Assembly (NCBI GenBank): GCA_002189035.1
Contig: CM007991.1
Location: 1,922,001-1,986,000 of the forward strand
Length of the DNA stretch: 64,000 bases
Origin: Utricularia gibba
Lineage: Eukaryota > Plantae > Magnoliophyta
Direction: 5' to 3'
In this document: positions 42,312-55,062 of the stretch, one piece after another
Layout: every line of letters begins with the position of its first letter
Numbering within the stretch: the first letter of the stretch is position 1
Made by a program: the position numbers and the translations under genes
Notes under the pieces: model-generated
Seen by the model: the letters and a program-made list of their open reading frames with translations, nothing else
What the model was told of the DNA's origin: nothing
Database searches by the model: none

Positions 42312-43723
42312 TTACTGCTGCTCATCCAGATCAGCAATCTCGTACCAGACTACTTCCAGGTACTCGTTTATGGCTACTACTGCATCTTGCAAGCTCTTGA
42401 TGCAGTTCTTGAGATCAGCGTCATACTGAGCATCGGCCTCTGCTTCTTCTGTTCCCAGTGCCTCCGTGATCGGCTCAATGTTGGCACACTGATGGCCAGT
42501 GTGATGGAAGGGTGTGCATCTGTCGTGGCTCACAATGCGCTTGGAGGGCAGGCCATCTTTCTTTAGCAACTGGACTTTGACAGTCTGAAGGTAACGGAAT
42601 ATAGAAGATAAGAGGCCAGTGATGTTTCATAAGCTAGGAACGAGATATTTATTTAACAACACCAACAACAAACGGCTTGACATAGCAGGGGAGGAATTGC
42701 GTTCCTACGCGTTGAATAAAAGATAATGGCTCATAAGAGTTTTCATTGAGGAGTCAGTGAATCATACCAATTCTAGCTTTTCCTTTTCCAGCTCCTGAAC
42801 AGATCTTAACAGTGTAGCTAGATCATTCCTGCTACAATCAGGACTCTTAAACTGGGTTTCAATTTGAAGAACCTACAAGAGAACCCGACTTCAAAAATTT
42901 TACAAATATTTTACTGTGCAGATAAACAAATATTTCTCAATCACCAGATCTGATTTTGATAGTTACCCTAGATAAGAGTGGCCATCGAATCTGACCTGCT
43001 TTGAACAATGATTGAACTCAGAAGTAATCTCTGCACATATCTGCTGGTAAGGTAATTCGTTCCTGGAGTGCATGTAATCTTCAAATCCACTGCCAAAATA
43101 AAATGAACAAAGAAGTTAAGAAAAATGTGTCACCCTCATCTTTTGATCCAACACTCCTCCATATAGAGTCATTTTCAATAACCCAGCTGGAGCATACAAA
43201 CTTAAGCACAGGATCATAATACAATATAATGCAAATTCATCTCAGGGAAACAGAAAAAAACGAATTTCACTAAAATATTACTGGATGATCAAAGCATATC
43301 TTCCACGTTTCAAGTTATCAAGCCCAATGGTAAGCAGGGAACCGACAAATTTTTGCAGGTTCTATGAAAGTGGTGTTTTGCCCTGTTCGTCCATTCCTCT
43401 CCTTACTATATAGAGGAGTAATACACTCTTTTGCAGATAAAAAACCCCATAATTATCAACTAGAACCCTGATAAACCTACACCATTAAGCCATCGAACTC
43501 CAAGAACAATCGGAGGCAGTAAACAAACATACATACAGTAACTCCCACAACAAAAGGCAAACAAAAGATACCTTTTTAGGCGAGAGTACGCTACCGATCG
43601 GCGCTGCTGCACGTCAAGAAATTGACGGAGCAACTCCGCAATTTTCTTCGGTTTTAGGGATGAAACATCAACCGCGGGTACAGCTGGTTCTGTTATGTGC
43701 AACCGATCAAATTCCTCCTCCAT
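42312..43723 (-). CDS. REX1-B (required for excision 1-B) domain protein, 4 exons
   Basis: LLRQFLDVQQRRSVAYSRLK|SGFEDYM...EITSEFNHCSKQ|VLQIE...VQELEKEKLEL|...EAEADAQYD...INEYLEVVWYEI. Confidence 0.82.
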
Positions 43724-44205
43724 TCTCCTTCTCACTATCAGATTCCACCGAATGCGGCGGCTTCCTGAAGCTCCAGCACGAAAACGGCAGCAACGATGCG
43801 CCGACCCACTCCCGGAAAAACCAGACAACTCGCATCAATCAGAAATTTTTATTACTTCCTTCCAAAAAAAGGCGGTGCCAGTTCAGAGCCGTAAACCTAT
43901 CTGTGAAATTACTTGATTTTTATATCTATAAAATAATAATAAATAAAATATCCACTTTAGATAGAAATAAAAAATGTAAATTTTCTATATAAAAATAAAA
44001 AAGATGGGTAATTTTTTTGTGTTGTAGTTTTAGAGTTGCCTTTTGTGAAGGGGGACGGCGGGCGACAAGAAAGGCAGAAAGGAAGGAGAAGAGAAACGGG
44101 CGGAGCTTGGTGTCGTTTGGTCTGGGTTTTGGATTCCTAAATCTTTATACGCCCAGAAGCTCTGCTATTTTGTTTGAGATTTAAGTAAGATAAGGTGTGT
44201 GCGCC

Positions 44206-46535
44206 ATGAATGCTCCTATAATTGGTAAGTGCTTTTCGTTTGGAACTCGGGCGTTGGTTTTCTTGGTAATGTGTTCTTCACGGAAACGGGGTTTAAGCTT
44301 TAATTTTGTGTTGTATGGGACAGACCCGCTACAGGGAGCTTTCCCTGAAGTCATTGAGGAGTACTTGGAGCATGGGATTATGAAATGTATTGCCTTTAAT
44401 CGCCGGGGACGCTTCTTGCGGGTATGTATATGAAATTTGGATTCTTTTCATCCAGTTTGAGGTAATGGGTGCTGCAAGTTTTTTGAATCTATGAGTCATT
44501 TATTATTATTGTTATTATTCTGAGATCTAGAATTATGAAGAAATTTGAAAACCGAGGAAGGTCGTCTTTTGGGGTTTGTTTGTTGAAGTTGATGCTTTTT
44601 TCAGTGGCTTATTTTGTAAAATGTGAATGCTCTTGACATCCTTGCATTTTTGTAAGTTTAAGAATCAGGATGGAGGTCGCTCTTTTTTAAAATTACTTTT
44701 TTTTTCTATCTTTTACAAGAAAACAACATATCTTTTGGCAGTTTTTCGGGTTCCTGAGGGGTGAAATTTAGAAAGGGGAGTTTGTCGATGTTTAAAACAC
44801 CCTTAACAGTTGGCTCTTTGTTCTCTGGCTAGCTGGGTGCTCCGATGGGAGCTGCGTTGTATGGGATTTTGAAACAAGAGGCATTGCTAAAGAATTTCGT
44901 GACAGTGAATGTGTTGCTGCCATAACAAGTATTTGTTGGTCGAAGAATGGCCACCGGATACTTGTTGCTGCTGCGGACAGATCATTGAAGCTTTGGGATG
45001 TTCTGAAAGGGGAGAAAGTTGCAAGGATTGTTCCACAACATGTGCCTCTCCATGCACGCCTTCATCCTGGTTCCTCCATGCCTCACATTTGCTTAGTTTG
45101 CCCACTTTCATCAAGTCCCATGATTGTAGACTTGCAAACAGCTGCAACAACTGCACTTCCTGTGTATTTACCTGAGAAGGATACAGTAGCTGCTCCATCT
45201 CGGAACAAATCGAGCGAGGGAACTGTTCCCTTTACACTTACTGCTGCGTGCTTTAACAAACATGGTGACTTGGTATATGCAGGAAACCCAAAGGGGGAGA
45301 TTCTTATTATAGATTATAAGACCATCCAAATACTTGCAATTTTTCCCATCCCAGGGAATGCTGTGATAAAGAATATCGTATTCAGGAGGGATGGTCAATA
45401 TCTACTGACAAATTCAAATGACAGGATAATCAGAATCTACCAAAGCCTTTTGCCATTGAAGGGTGTGGCTAATGCAATCAATGATTTAAGCAGTGGAATT
45501 TCTGATCAGGATGAAGTTGAAAGGTTGAAGACTGTAGGAACCCGCTGTCTTTCTCTCTTTCGTGAATTTCAGGACTTGGTCACCAAGGTGCCGTGGAAAG
45601 CACCGTGTTTTAGTGGTGATGGTAAGTGGGTCATTGGAGGTTCTGCAAACAAAGGAGAGCACAAAATCTACATATGGGATATGGAGACTGGGCATCTTGT
45701 GAAGATCCTCGAAGGTCCAAAGGAAGCCTTAATTGATTTAGCTTGGCATCCAACTCATCCAGTAGTTGTTTCAGTTTCATTGACTGGATTGGCCTATATC
45801 TGGGCGAAGGATTATACAGAAAATTGGAGTGCATTTGCTCCTGATTTTAAGGAACTTGAGGAAAACGAGGAGTATGTTGAACGGGAAGATGAATTTGATT
45901 TAGTACCCGAAACAGAGAAGGTTAATAAGATGTCTACAATATGAAAATATGCTATCACTGATTTTTCTTCTGTTATTCACTGAAGGCCACCTTTTTTTTT
46001 TGTTTGTTTCAGGGAAATGATTCAGGTGTGAATGAAGATGAGGAAGTAGACATTTTGACAGCCGACAGAGATTCCAATTTTAGTGATTCAGACATGTCAC
46101 AAGACGAAATACGATATTTGCCGGCTGAACCATCTGCCGACATTCCTGAGCAGAAGGACCAGCTTACTTTGAATCCATCAAAGACAGAGGATGGGAGCAG
46201 GTCTGTATCCTCTGAACCTCTTTCAGAGGAAGCAGATTTGAATGGTCACATAACGAACCATGATCTCAGTCCAATGGAAGGTCTGGATATTTTATCCCCT
46301 GGTTTTAAAACTTTGGCAGAAATATTTTCTATATCCTCATCCCACATGCTGTGTATCAAAGTTCTGGATGCTCTGTGATTTACATTTTGATTCGGATCAA
46401 CCGTGTGAATCCTTTATCTTCATTTCATATGCTGTGTTTTGAAGTTGTTGTGTTTCTGATCCAGATGATGCAGGAGGACCCCCACCCTCAAAACGAAAGA
46501 GGAAGCCCTCAGAGAAGGTAAATGGATACGCCTAG
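44206..46535 (+). CDS. RBL: RBBP5/Swd1-like WD40 subunit of COMPASS (RBL); 3' end uncertain
   Basis: MNAPII|DPLQGAFPEVIEEYLEHGIMKCIAFNRRG(TLLA)|AGCSDGSCVVWDFETRG and YIWAKDYTENWSAFAPDFKELEENEEYVEREDEFD. One -1 shift at the G4 run 44405-44408. Confidence 0.93.
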
Positions 46536-47209
46536 AAAGTCATCAGCACCCATCTTCCTGGTTCATCAGATACTGTGAGGTAAGCTCTGTAGACTGGGTG
46601 GAAATGAGCCGTCTACACCTCCGTTAGTGTTATTTTGAAACATTTACGATTGTTACCCGATGCTGGGACCAATATGATGTGTTGCAGCAAGCCAAATATC
46701 TTGTTGAAGCAGCATTGCAAGGTTAGGAAGCTTGACTTTAGGGTATAGTTGTAACAGTTACTCTATGCTTGCTTGGGTACTTAAAATGCCTTTCATTCAT
46801 AGAAGCAGTAACAAAAAAGCTGAAAGTGTGGTGTGACTGTACATTTACAATCCAATTTGCAGCACCAAGAACAAAAAACTGTCATTGCTAACAAATCACC
46901 AGGTGTAGAACCAAGTTTACCTTTCAGAAATGGCTAAAACCATCGAAGAGATGTGTGCTCCGTTTAGCTGACAACGATGGGCTGTCCCAGGGGAGCTACT
47001 CAGTCATGTGAAGCGAGCAAACGAAGATGGATGCGTGTGCACCATCAGTTACAGCTTCAACACGCACAAATTTTGGTGTACGAGTTGAACATGTCTTCCC
47101 TATGTTGGCAAATGCTACTCATGTCTCCCCTCTCTTCTACAAGGAATTTCACTGGGTGGGCATCGGCAGGCAGAAACTTATCTTGAACCAAAGCTGTTGT
47201 GGCCATCCT

Positions 47210-49524
47210 TTATACTCTGGAGATGCATAAATGAGGAAACTGCAACGAACAAAAACGTAGCAGGAAAAGTTGCAATTTATACGAGGGTTGCTATAACATA
47301 CCAGCCTTTTAAATGATGTGTTTTGTGCGGCTTTCTTGGCCTCATCTGAGTCTGGTTTTGCACGGTCAAGAGCCTGTAGCAGAAAAAGTGTGTAAGTCTA
47401 ACACTGAAAAAAGTCATTTTTTCAGAAGTTATAGATTTACCTCTATAAGGCATTCCACACGACGCCGCATCCGTGTGTGCATAAAAGCCCACGAACACTG
47501 TTTCATAGGGGTAAAGAGCTATGTCATATTGTAAATAAATTCTCAAAGATGCCCATAGATGCATCCTACAACAGAGTTTGCGCCGAGCATGTATGCTAAC
47601 ACTATTTCCAATCAAGAGTTTCTCACCTTGACATGATAGCTGACATACGATGGGAAGGTTGATAGCGCCCAAGCAGCTCTGTCTAGCTTTCTCCCCTCCA
47701 CATGTCTAGGGAAAAGTACTGCTCATTGGTGCCATATAAGTCCATGCTTGGAATTATTTTCATAAAGAGAAAGTCAACTAAGTACCAAAGCTAACAAATC
47801 CAGCATTTGCTGATAATGCTTCATCAGGAGCTCCTTCCATTTCATCAGGCGGTGAAGAGGAATAGGCGACAAGCGGGGCATTGGTAAGTCCAGTAGCTCG
47901 CTTTGCTTCAACAAATTCCTGGATTCAAAGAAGAAAAGCAATAAAGTGTTTAAATAAGAACATTCTCAAAAAAAGAAAAAAACAACAATGCAGCAGAAAT
48001 ACGCATCCGTGACAGAATCAATTGAAGATGCATTTTTTTTAAATGAAGTTTTAACCCACCGTAAGTAAAACAAAATAAAAAGGTATGTTGTTTCTGAATG
48101 GAAAATACTCATTTCACATGATGAGTCAATCCGTCTACCTTTAGGAATGAAATAGCCAAAACCGTATCTACAGGGTCCTTGAATCGCATAGGAAAAACAA
48201 AAGTAACCTTTTCTACCTGAAAAAAGAAAAAGAAAATGCATTACGGATGGTGGGACGAATGCTTTCAAACCAGGAAAAATATGATACACACACACACATA
48301 GGTATATATATTATATTTAGTTTGCACTACATTAATGAGCTTCAACTATATTCAGTTGAAATACCTGGGGAATAACAAAATATGACTCATTTGACCGATG
48401 TACAAGTGAAGCCAACTTTCCAGAGTCAGACCTCACAGTTCTCAAAATAAGTTGCCTGAGAATAGCTCTTAACGGTGCACACTGTACAATCTCTCGTATG
48501 GAAGCCATTTTCAGAAGAAGCTCTTCCTTGAGCTCTAGTGTTTACAGATAAAATAGAACAAAAAAACATGAGGGGCACAAAAAAAAGAGTTATTTTGTAA
48601 AGTACAAATACGGAAACTCCTATTTAACTTAAAGGAAGCTCGCAGAACCTTCTTCGGGAGGTAGTTTTGACAAGTTCAGTTTCACTGTGAGATTAAAACC
48701 ATCCCTTGGAGGATCAAGGATCTGTAAAACAGGCCCATAGGCTGCTTTGATCGCTTCTATAGCTCCTTGAGGAAGCCCCCCAAAAAACACTGTTTCTCGA
48801 GTAGGTGTGGGTAGAGATAGGGATAGGAGTAGAATATTTGCATTCTTCGCAGTTGCCTGGTATAAAATACTAGCTCGTCGGTAGTGTTTTTCAATATGAA
48901 AAATTTTTCGAATGAGAAGAGAAGCACCACCTGAATGTGATACCGAACATCATCGAACTCAACCCACTGGCAGTCAATTTCAGCTCCTTTTTCAAGACTG
49001 AGAAACATACAGATATTACTACACAAAACGCCACTCACCAAATCACAACCATATTAGTCACAATATTTTACCAGAAACATGCATATTATATATTACGTTA
49101 TCAAGAAAATTCCAATAATTCAAGGATCTATCAAGAATTTTGAAACCGAGCACCCAACACAGACACATGACTACGAGAACATAAATCATATCGGGACCTT
49201 TTTCGTGTTTCAAGAAGTGGTGTAAAGGCATACTGGAGAAAGACCTTTTTCTCTAGTTGCATATGTTGGTAATCACGCACACAACTTAACATAAGAGAAA
49301 CGCTACCATATATGAAAATATAGTCTGATTACAGATGAAAGCACACAGCTACTACACCAACTTTCAAGCATCAGGTAACCAGCGAATTTCGTTCAACACT
49401 AATTAGCAGGAGTAAGTTGTTCAGATGCAAACGACTCGAAAAAAAATGAAATGAGACCTTACTTCTGCACCCTGGTAGACAAAACTTGCAGTAAGTATCT
49501 GTTATGCGACTGCAACAGTATCAT
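47210..49524 (-). CDS. ARPC2A: ARP2/3 complex subunit 2A (DISTORTED2-like); last exon approximate
   Basis: MILLQSHNRYLLQVLSTRVQN|LEKGAEIDCQWVEFDDVRYHIQ, ILDPPRDGFNLT, EFVEAKRATGL and ...CEGFMHTRMRRRVECL. Confidence 0.92.
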
Positions 49525-50511
49525 GGAGCTCCACCTTCCCCAGTTCTCCCAACGTTTTGTGGCATTCAACCCGATAGAGCTCAAGCATTCAAACAGAAGA
49601 CTTCCTTCGTTTTGACCGATTCCCTCCTAGAGAAAATGGCAGCCTTCTTTACAGAAATATGATTACAACCGGAGCGCAGTTCCAGAAATATGATATCGAG
49701 ACGCGTAATCAGAGATTCCTAAAAAACAAATCCAGATCACCCCAACAAGGAAGATTGACCACGGCTCTCAAACGGGCCTTGTTCTCTAACAGCCCGCCAG
49801 GCGTCGGCCCATGGGCCGGACAATCATGCCCATACATATCAACAGCTTTAAATAACCGTCATTTCTCCCCGCCGAAGCCGCGTCTACAAATTTTCATCTC
49901 GCCGGAGAAAGAAGAGTCGCCGGACTACGAGGCCGCCGAAATAAACTCACAGCGAAGCGAAGCAGATTCCTCCGGTCATCATATCAGTTCCGATCAGTGT
50001 ATCCGCCTCTCGCCAGTGCCGACGCGGAGGATTAGGCTCCGGGAACGTGGTGGCGAAGGGGAACGGCAGTGTCATCGTGAAATATGTGGATTCCCGCCGG
50101 AGGGAAACTTCCGTCACCCAATTATTGCTTTTTTAAATATTATTAAAAGTGATGCATTTCGTTGTCTTCTCCGATAACATCACATTGCGAATTATGAATA
50201 TATTATTATATTTAATTGGTTTTTTCGGGTATAATAACTTCATTTGTTTTGTGGCGGTGGGCGTCCCAGAGGAAGGAATTAGGAATAATGGGCAGCATTT
50301 TATTTATGTTAACTAGAATAAATGGAATTAATTAATGCGAAAATAAAATAACGGAAAAAAAACAATGGAGTTAATTCCGATCAGGGACTGTCCCTGTCAA
50401 CAGTGTTTTTTTGCTCATTGCCAACTGCATTGTAGTCTTCTGCTTCCAAAGGCTCTCTCTTTCTCTCTCACCAATACAGTGTGTGTGTGCGTGTGTAGCT
50501 GAGCTGAGAGG

Positions 50512-50530
50512 GAGAGAGAGAGAGAGAGAG
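50512..50530. repeat. (GA)n tract near the presumed NEK transcription start
   Basis: gagagagagagagagagag read directly. Confidence 0.8.
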
Positions 50531-51169
50531 TGGTACTTCAGCTGGCTCTAGCCACCTGCAGATTCGAGCTGCAGCTCTGCTTTGCTCCAATGGTGGAACA
50601 ACCAGCACCTTTTGGTGCCTTTACCATCGCTTACTGCACTGTCTTCTTGCTTCGCGGCGCTGCTTGATTCCTGGTTAAGAGCACCGCAATGCTGGTCGGT
50701 ATGTTTTCTCTGCTGTTTCTTGGGATTACGGAAGTGGATTTGCATACAGAGTCTCGATTTGCGTGGTTTCACTTTGTGAATCTCGTGCGTTTGCTGAGGA
50801 TCTTTTGTTTTTTCTATGATATGGATTGATGTTCGGATTCAGACGCAATGCTGGTTCTGATGGTACAGAAGTTTTGGTTTTAGTCGATCAACGCAGTTGG
50901 TTGGTTTCGGGTCATTCGATATGGTGGTAGTTGTTTTCATCTTTCGGAACCTGGATCTGCAGCGGAGATTACGGTTTCGAGCCTGTGAGAGTTGGCATTT
51001 CTTGCGCTGCTAGCTCAGAAGAGCTTCTGAAAGTTTATTTCTGGGTTTCGCTTACGGAATCTGGATTCAAAATTTGAAGTATCGTTTGTACCAACTTTGG
51101 CTTTCAGGATTGATGATTTCGGCTAGCAGATTATAACTTTTGGAATCGAGTTCATTTTTTTTATTATCA

Positions 51170-54100
51170 ATGGAGAAGTATGGTATACTGGAGCAAATTG
51201 GGAAGGGGGCGTTTGGTTCGGCATTTCTTGTGCAGCATAAGCACGAAAGGCAGAAGTAAGCATTTGAAATCAATCTTGTATTCTGCTATTCTTTATTTCA
51301 CACTGTACGCAGTGCAAGATCAGTAACTTGTATGTAGAAAGTCGTTCAAAACTTCGGTATTGTTTCAATGACTCCTCAACTTCTGATGGTGTGCAGCTAT
51401 GTGCTTAAGAAGATTCGTCTTGCTCGGCAAACAAACAGGACTCGCAGGTCTGCTCATCATGAGGTCAGTCTTGCAGACTATTGATGTCCTTTTGAACTAC
51501 AGTTGCTGTAGTTTTCTGTATTTAGCCCACTCTACATGATCACCTAATATTAATTGTGAACTATGACATTCTTGTGTTTTGATCCTGTGTAGATGGAGCT
51601 CATATCCAAAATGGATCATCCATTCATTGTGGAATACAAAGATTCATGGGTGGACAAGGTAAATTTTCGTATTCCCTGAAGTCTGCATTTGATGTACTTC
51701 ACATCAACTGAGGGTGAAGCAAGAAGAAAGATGATTGTCGACAAAACATATGTTCTTCATATGAGAGGCACGAAGCAAATGGTTGTTGCTCTTTTCAGGG
51801 TGTCTATGTTTGCATTGTTATAGGATACTGTGAAGGCGGAGATATGTAAGCATTTCAGATGTGCTAAACTACTGCTATAACCCCAGGTATATCAACTAGC
51901 ATCTCATGCTGAATCATCTGATTTTGCAGGGCAGAGGCCATAAAGAAAGCAAATGGAAACCACTTCCCGGAAGAGGTACAGAGTTTACTGGCTCTTTCTC
52001 ATCTAAAGTATCATTTCATGAGATTTTCATAGTCATTGTGAGCATGGGGTAAGCATCTCATTCCCTGAAATGATTTTCAACAGAAGCTATGCAGATGGCT
52101 TGTTCAACTGCTTATGGCACTGGACTACTTGCACAAGAACCACATTCTTCATCGTGATGTCAAAGTCAGTTGGTTCCTCTGCCTTTTGCTTTGCGCTTCG
52201 ACGATGGCCCTATGTTGTTGATGTCTTTCATAACTTTTCCGAAACATTGCAGTGCTCTAATATATTCTTAACCAAAGACCAGGATATTCGACTGGGTGAG
52301 GATTATTTCAAAGTTTCCGTTGTGTACATTTATAAAATATGACTAATAAGCAGTTGATGCAGGTGACTTTGGACTTGCCAAAAAACTGTCATCAGACGAA
52401 CTTACATCCTCGGTACGTAGGGAGGATATGAGATTGGTTTTTCGACATTTTTCTCGTATGATTTGATTACTGCTCTATATTTTCAGATAGTGGGCACTCC
52501 CAGTTACATGTGCCCTGAGTTACTTTCTGATATACCTTATGGTACTAAATCTGACATCTGGTCTCTTGGTAAGTCACAGGCTTTTTATAGGTGCAGAAGG
52601 GAGTAATTCTGCATCTTTTTTTCCTGATTGAATCATCTTATGCAGGATGCTGCATTTACGAAATGACTGCACTTAAACCAGCATTCAAGGCATTTGTAAG
52701 TTAATTTATTCTGTAGTTCTTTCTTCTTGGACTTATTAGCACAGATAGTGGAAGCTAGATATGAAAAACTCAGCTGGTGAACTTCATTTGATGGTCGTTC
52801 TGAAGTCATCTGTGCTTCTGAGAACAGGATATGCAGGCTCTTATCAACCGAATAAATAAGTCAATTGTAGCACCATTACCCACCAAGTACTCCGGTCCAT
52901 AGTGAGTCTCCATCATGTTTCAACTTTGATTCATCTCTCCTTCTTTCCAAAGCCGTGCAACATTTGCCTCTGTCAATATATTTTTTTGTCAATGCTCCAA
53001 AATCACCTTGAAGAATGATTTACTGTGGAAATAGAAACATCTCAGATCGACTTAAGCATATTTTGGTGTTTCTGTTCAGCCGTGGTCTGGTAAAAAGCAT
53101 GCTGCGGAAAAATCCGGATCATCGACTCAGTGTAAGCATCCACTGCACCCTATGACTTATTGGCATATCCAAGAAGCGTGGCATGCGGCCATTTTAGTGC
53201 AGTTTGTCTTACGAATAACATTTCACAGGCTGCAGAGCTTCTCAAGCATCCACACTTGCAGCCCTATGTGCTTGATGTTCATCTTAAGCTCAATTCTCCT
53301 AGACGCAATAATGTACCTTGTCAATATGATGAAAACGGGAGAAGAAGCACAAGGAGAATTCGGTTTTCAGAGCTGTCAAGTTGTCCACTTCCACAAGAAA
53401 GAGAGAGAATCATGTCTTGTGGAAACAGTAGGAATGTGAACCCGGATGCATCTGGATCACTGATTGATACTGGGATCAGAACTTCCGATTATCGCCATGA
53501 CAAGGATAGGTTTTCCATCGGAAATGGACGACAGCAGGGAGCGATTTCTCCTAATGAAAAACTCAGTTCTAAGGCATCAAAGAACCTGAAAACTGCAAAG
53601 CCGCAAGCTTCACCTGCAATTAGAAGAAAACCAGAAGCTGTTAAGAAAAATGAGAAGGTAAAACCAGAAGCCATTTTAGCAGATTTTTTTTCTGTTTTTC
53701 ATCTTGCCACCAAGTAAAGTGCAGCATGAATTTTGAAAGTTTTTTCAGTAAATTCTCTTTCGTGACATTCTACTCCCCCTCATATCCTCTCATTTACTGT
53801 TTATTTCAAGTGCAGGTTTCAGCCACTAAGAAACCTCTTGGTAATGGTAGAAGAGCATCTATGCGACCTGCCACTAGAGAAGTTCCCAAGCATCAGTACA
53901 GGCCTACTCTTGGAAACATGGAAGATTCCGAGTCCCCAAATATTTCTATAGACGCCCCTCGAATTGATAAGATGATTGAATCCACATTGCTGCCGTACGA
54001 GGGATCTACGATACTGGCCAGCGCAGGGACATCAGCATCTCCTCACGGCTCTTCAAGCTCACCACCAGTTAACCGTTCTATCATGAAGGACAGATGTACA

Positions 54101-54472
54101 GTTGAGCCCCCTGATAGATCCAGCAAACTAATCCTAAAGAGATGGCAATCGCCATGGGAGCACAACCTTCACACGGATATGGGCGAAGGAAGTGACTTCT
54201 ATTGTCAAAATGCAACTGCTGGTGCGTCAAGCCACACCTCATCGGACCAAAGGCGAAGCCGCTTTAACATGTCATCCTACAAGCAGCGAGCTGATGCCTT
54301 GGAAGGTCTCCTGGAATTCAGTGCGCGTCTACTCGTAGAAGAAAGGATCGACGAACTAGGGGTACTCCTGAAACCATTTGGTCCAGGGAAAGTATCACCA
54401 AGGGAAACGGCGATCTGGCTGGCCAAGAGTTTCATAGAAAATCATCCAAAACCAGAAGAGTTAGGCCCTTGA
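51170..54472 (+). CDS. NEK: NIMA-related kinase (NEK2/3/4-like), multi-exon
   Basis: [67 protein letters not shown], and C-terminal [13 protein letters not shown]...[18 protein letters not shown]. Confidence 0.94.
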
Positions 54473-55062
54473 AATGATCACAGAACCAGCTTCCTTGATT
54501 TCCAACTCCTCCTACGGCATATCATGACTGTAAGTAAGCAACTCCCCTGAACATCCATCAACTATTAGCCGCTGTATATTCGGTGAAGCAGGGAAGATCA
54601 GAGGATTGTCAATCTCAATTCTTGTAGTCCCTTTTTTTCTACTCCAATAATCCCTGTTCCAAGTTTTGGTCAGCTATCAGGTATGTATGTGATCCGCATG
54701 TGGATCCTTTGGGAATGAGAATAACGACTTCATTTATCTCAAGTGTTATAATGAAGGCAGGGTGGGAAATGATACATCTTCAGGTGTGCGACTGCAACAA
54801 CACACACACAAAGTTTAACATGTACGGTAACCAAAGTGGTTGAGGTTCTGTTCCAACAAATGGAAAATTCTCAGGAAACTGATCAACAAGTGCATTCGTG
54901 TATTCATTGGGAAGTAAGGTTTCAGTCATGCTAATGCATCCGTGTATTCAATATGTTCACTACAAGGATCATATGATGACACTCTCCTGACCTCAGGCAT
55001 CACCGAAAATTGTTCCTATAAAGTGAGAAGACAAGATTTGAAGGCTAAGCAACCAAGTCCCA

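Noticed and set aside
49659-50177. 172-aa plus-strand ORF between ARPC2A and NEK
   Set aside because: It is antisense to the ARPC2A leader and intron in a GC-rich promoter, with no recognisable motifs.
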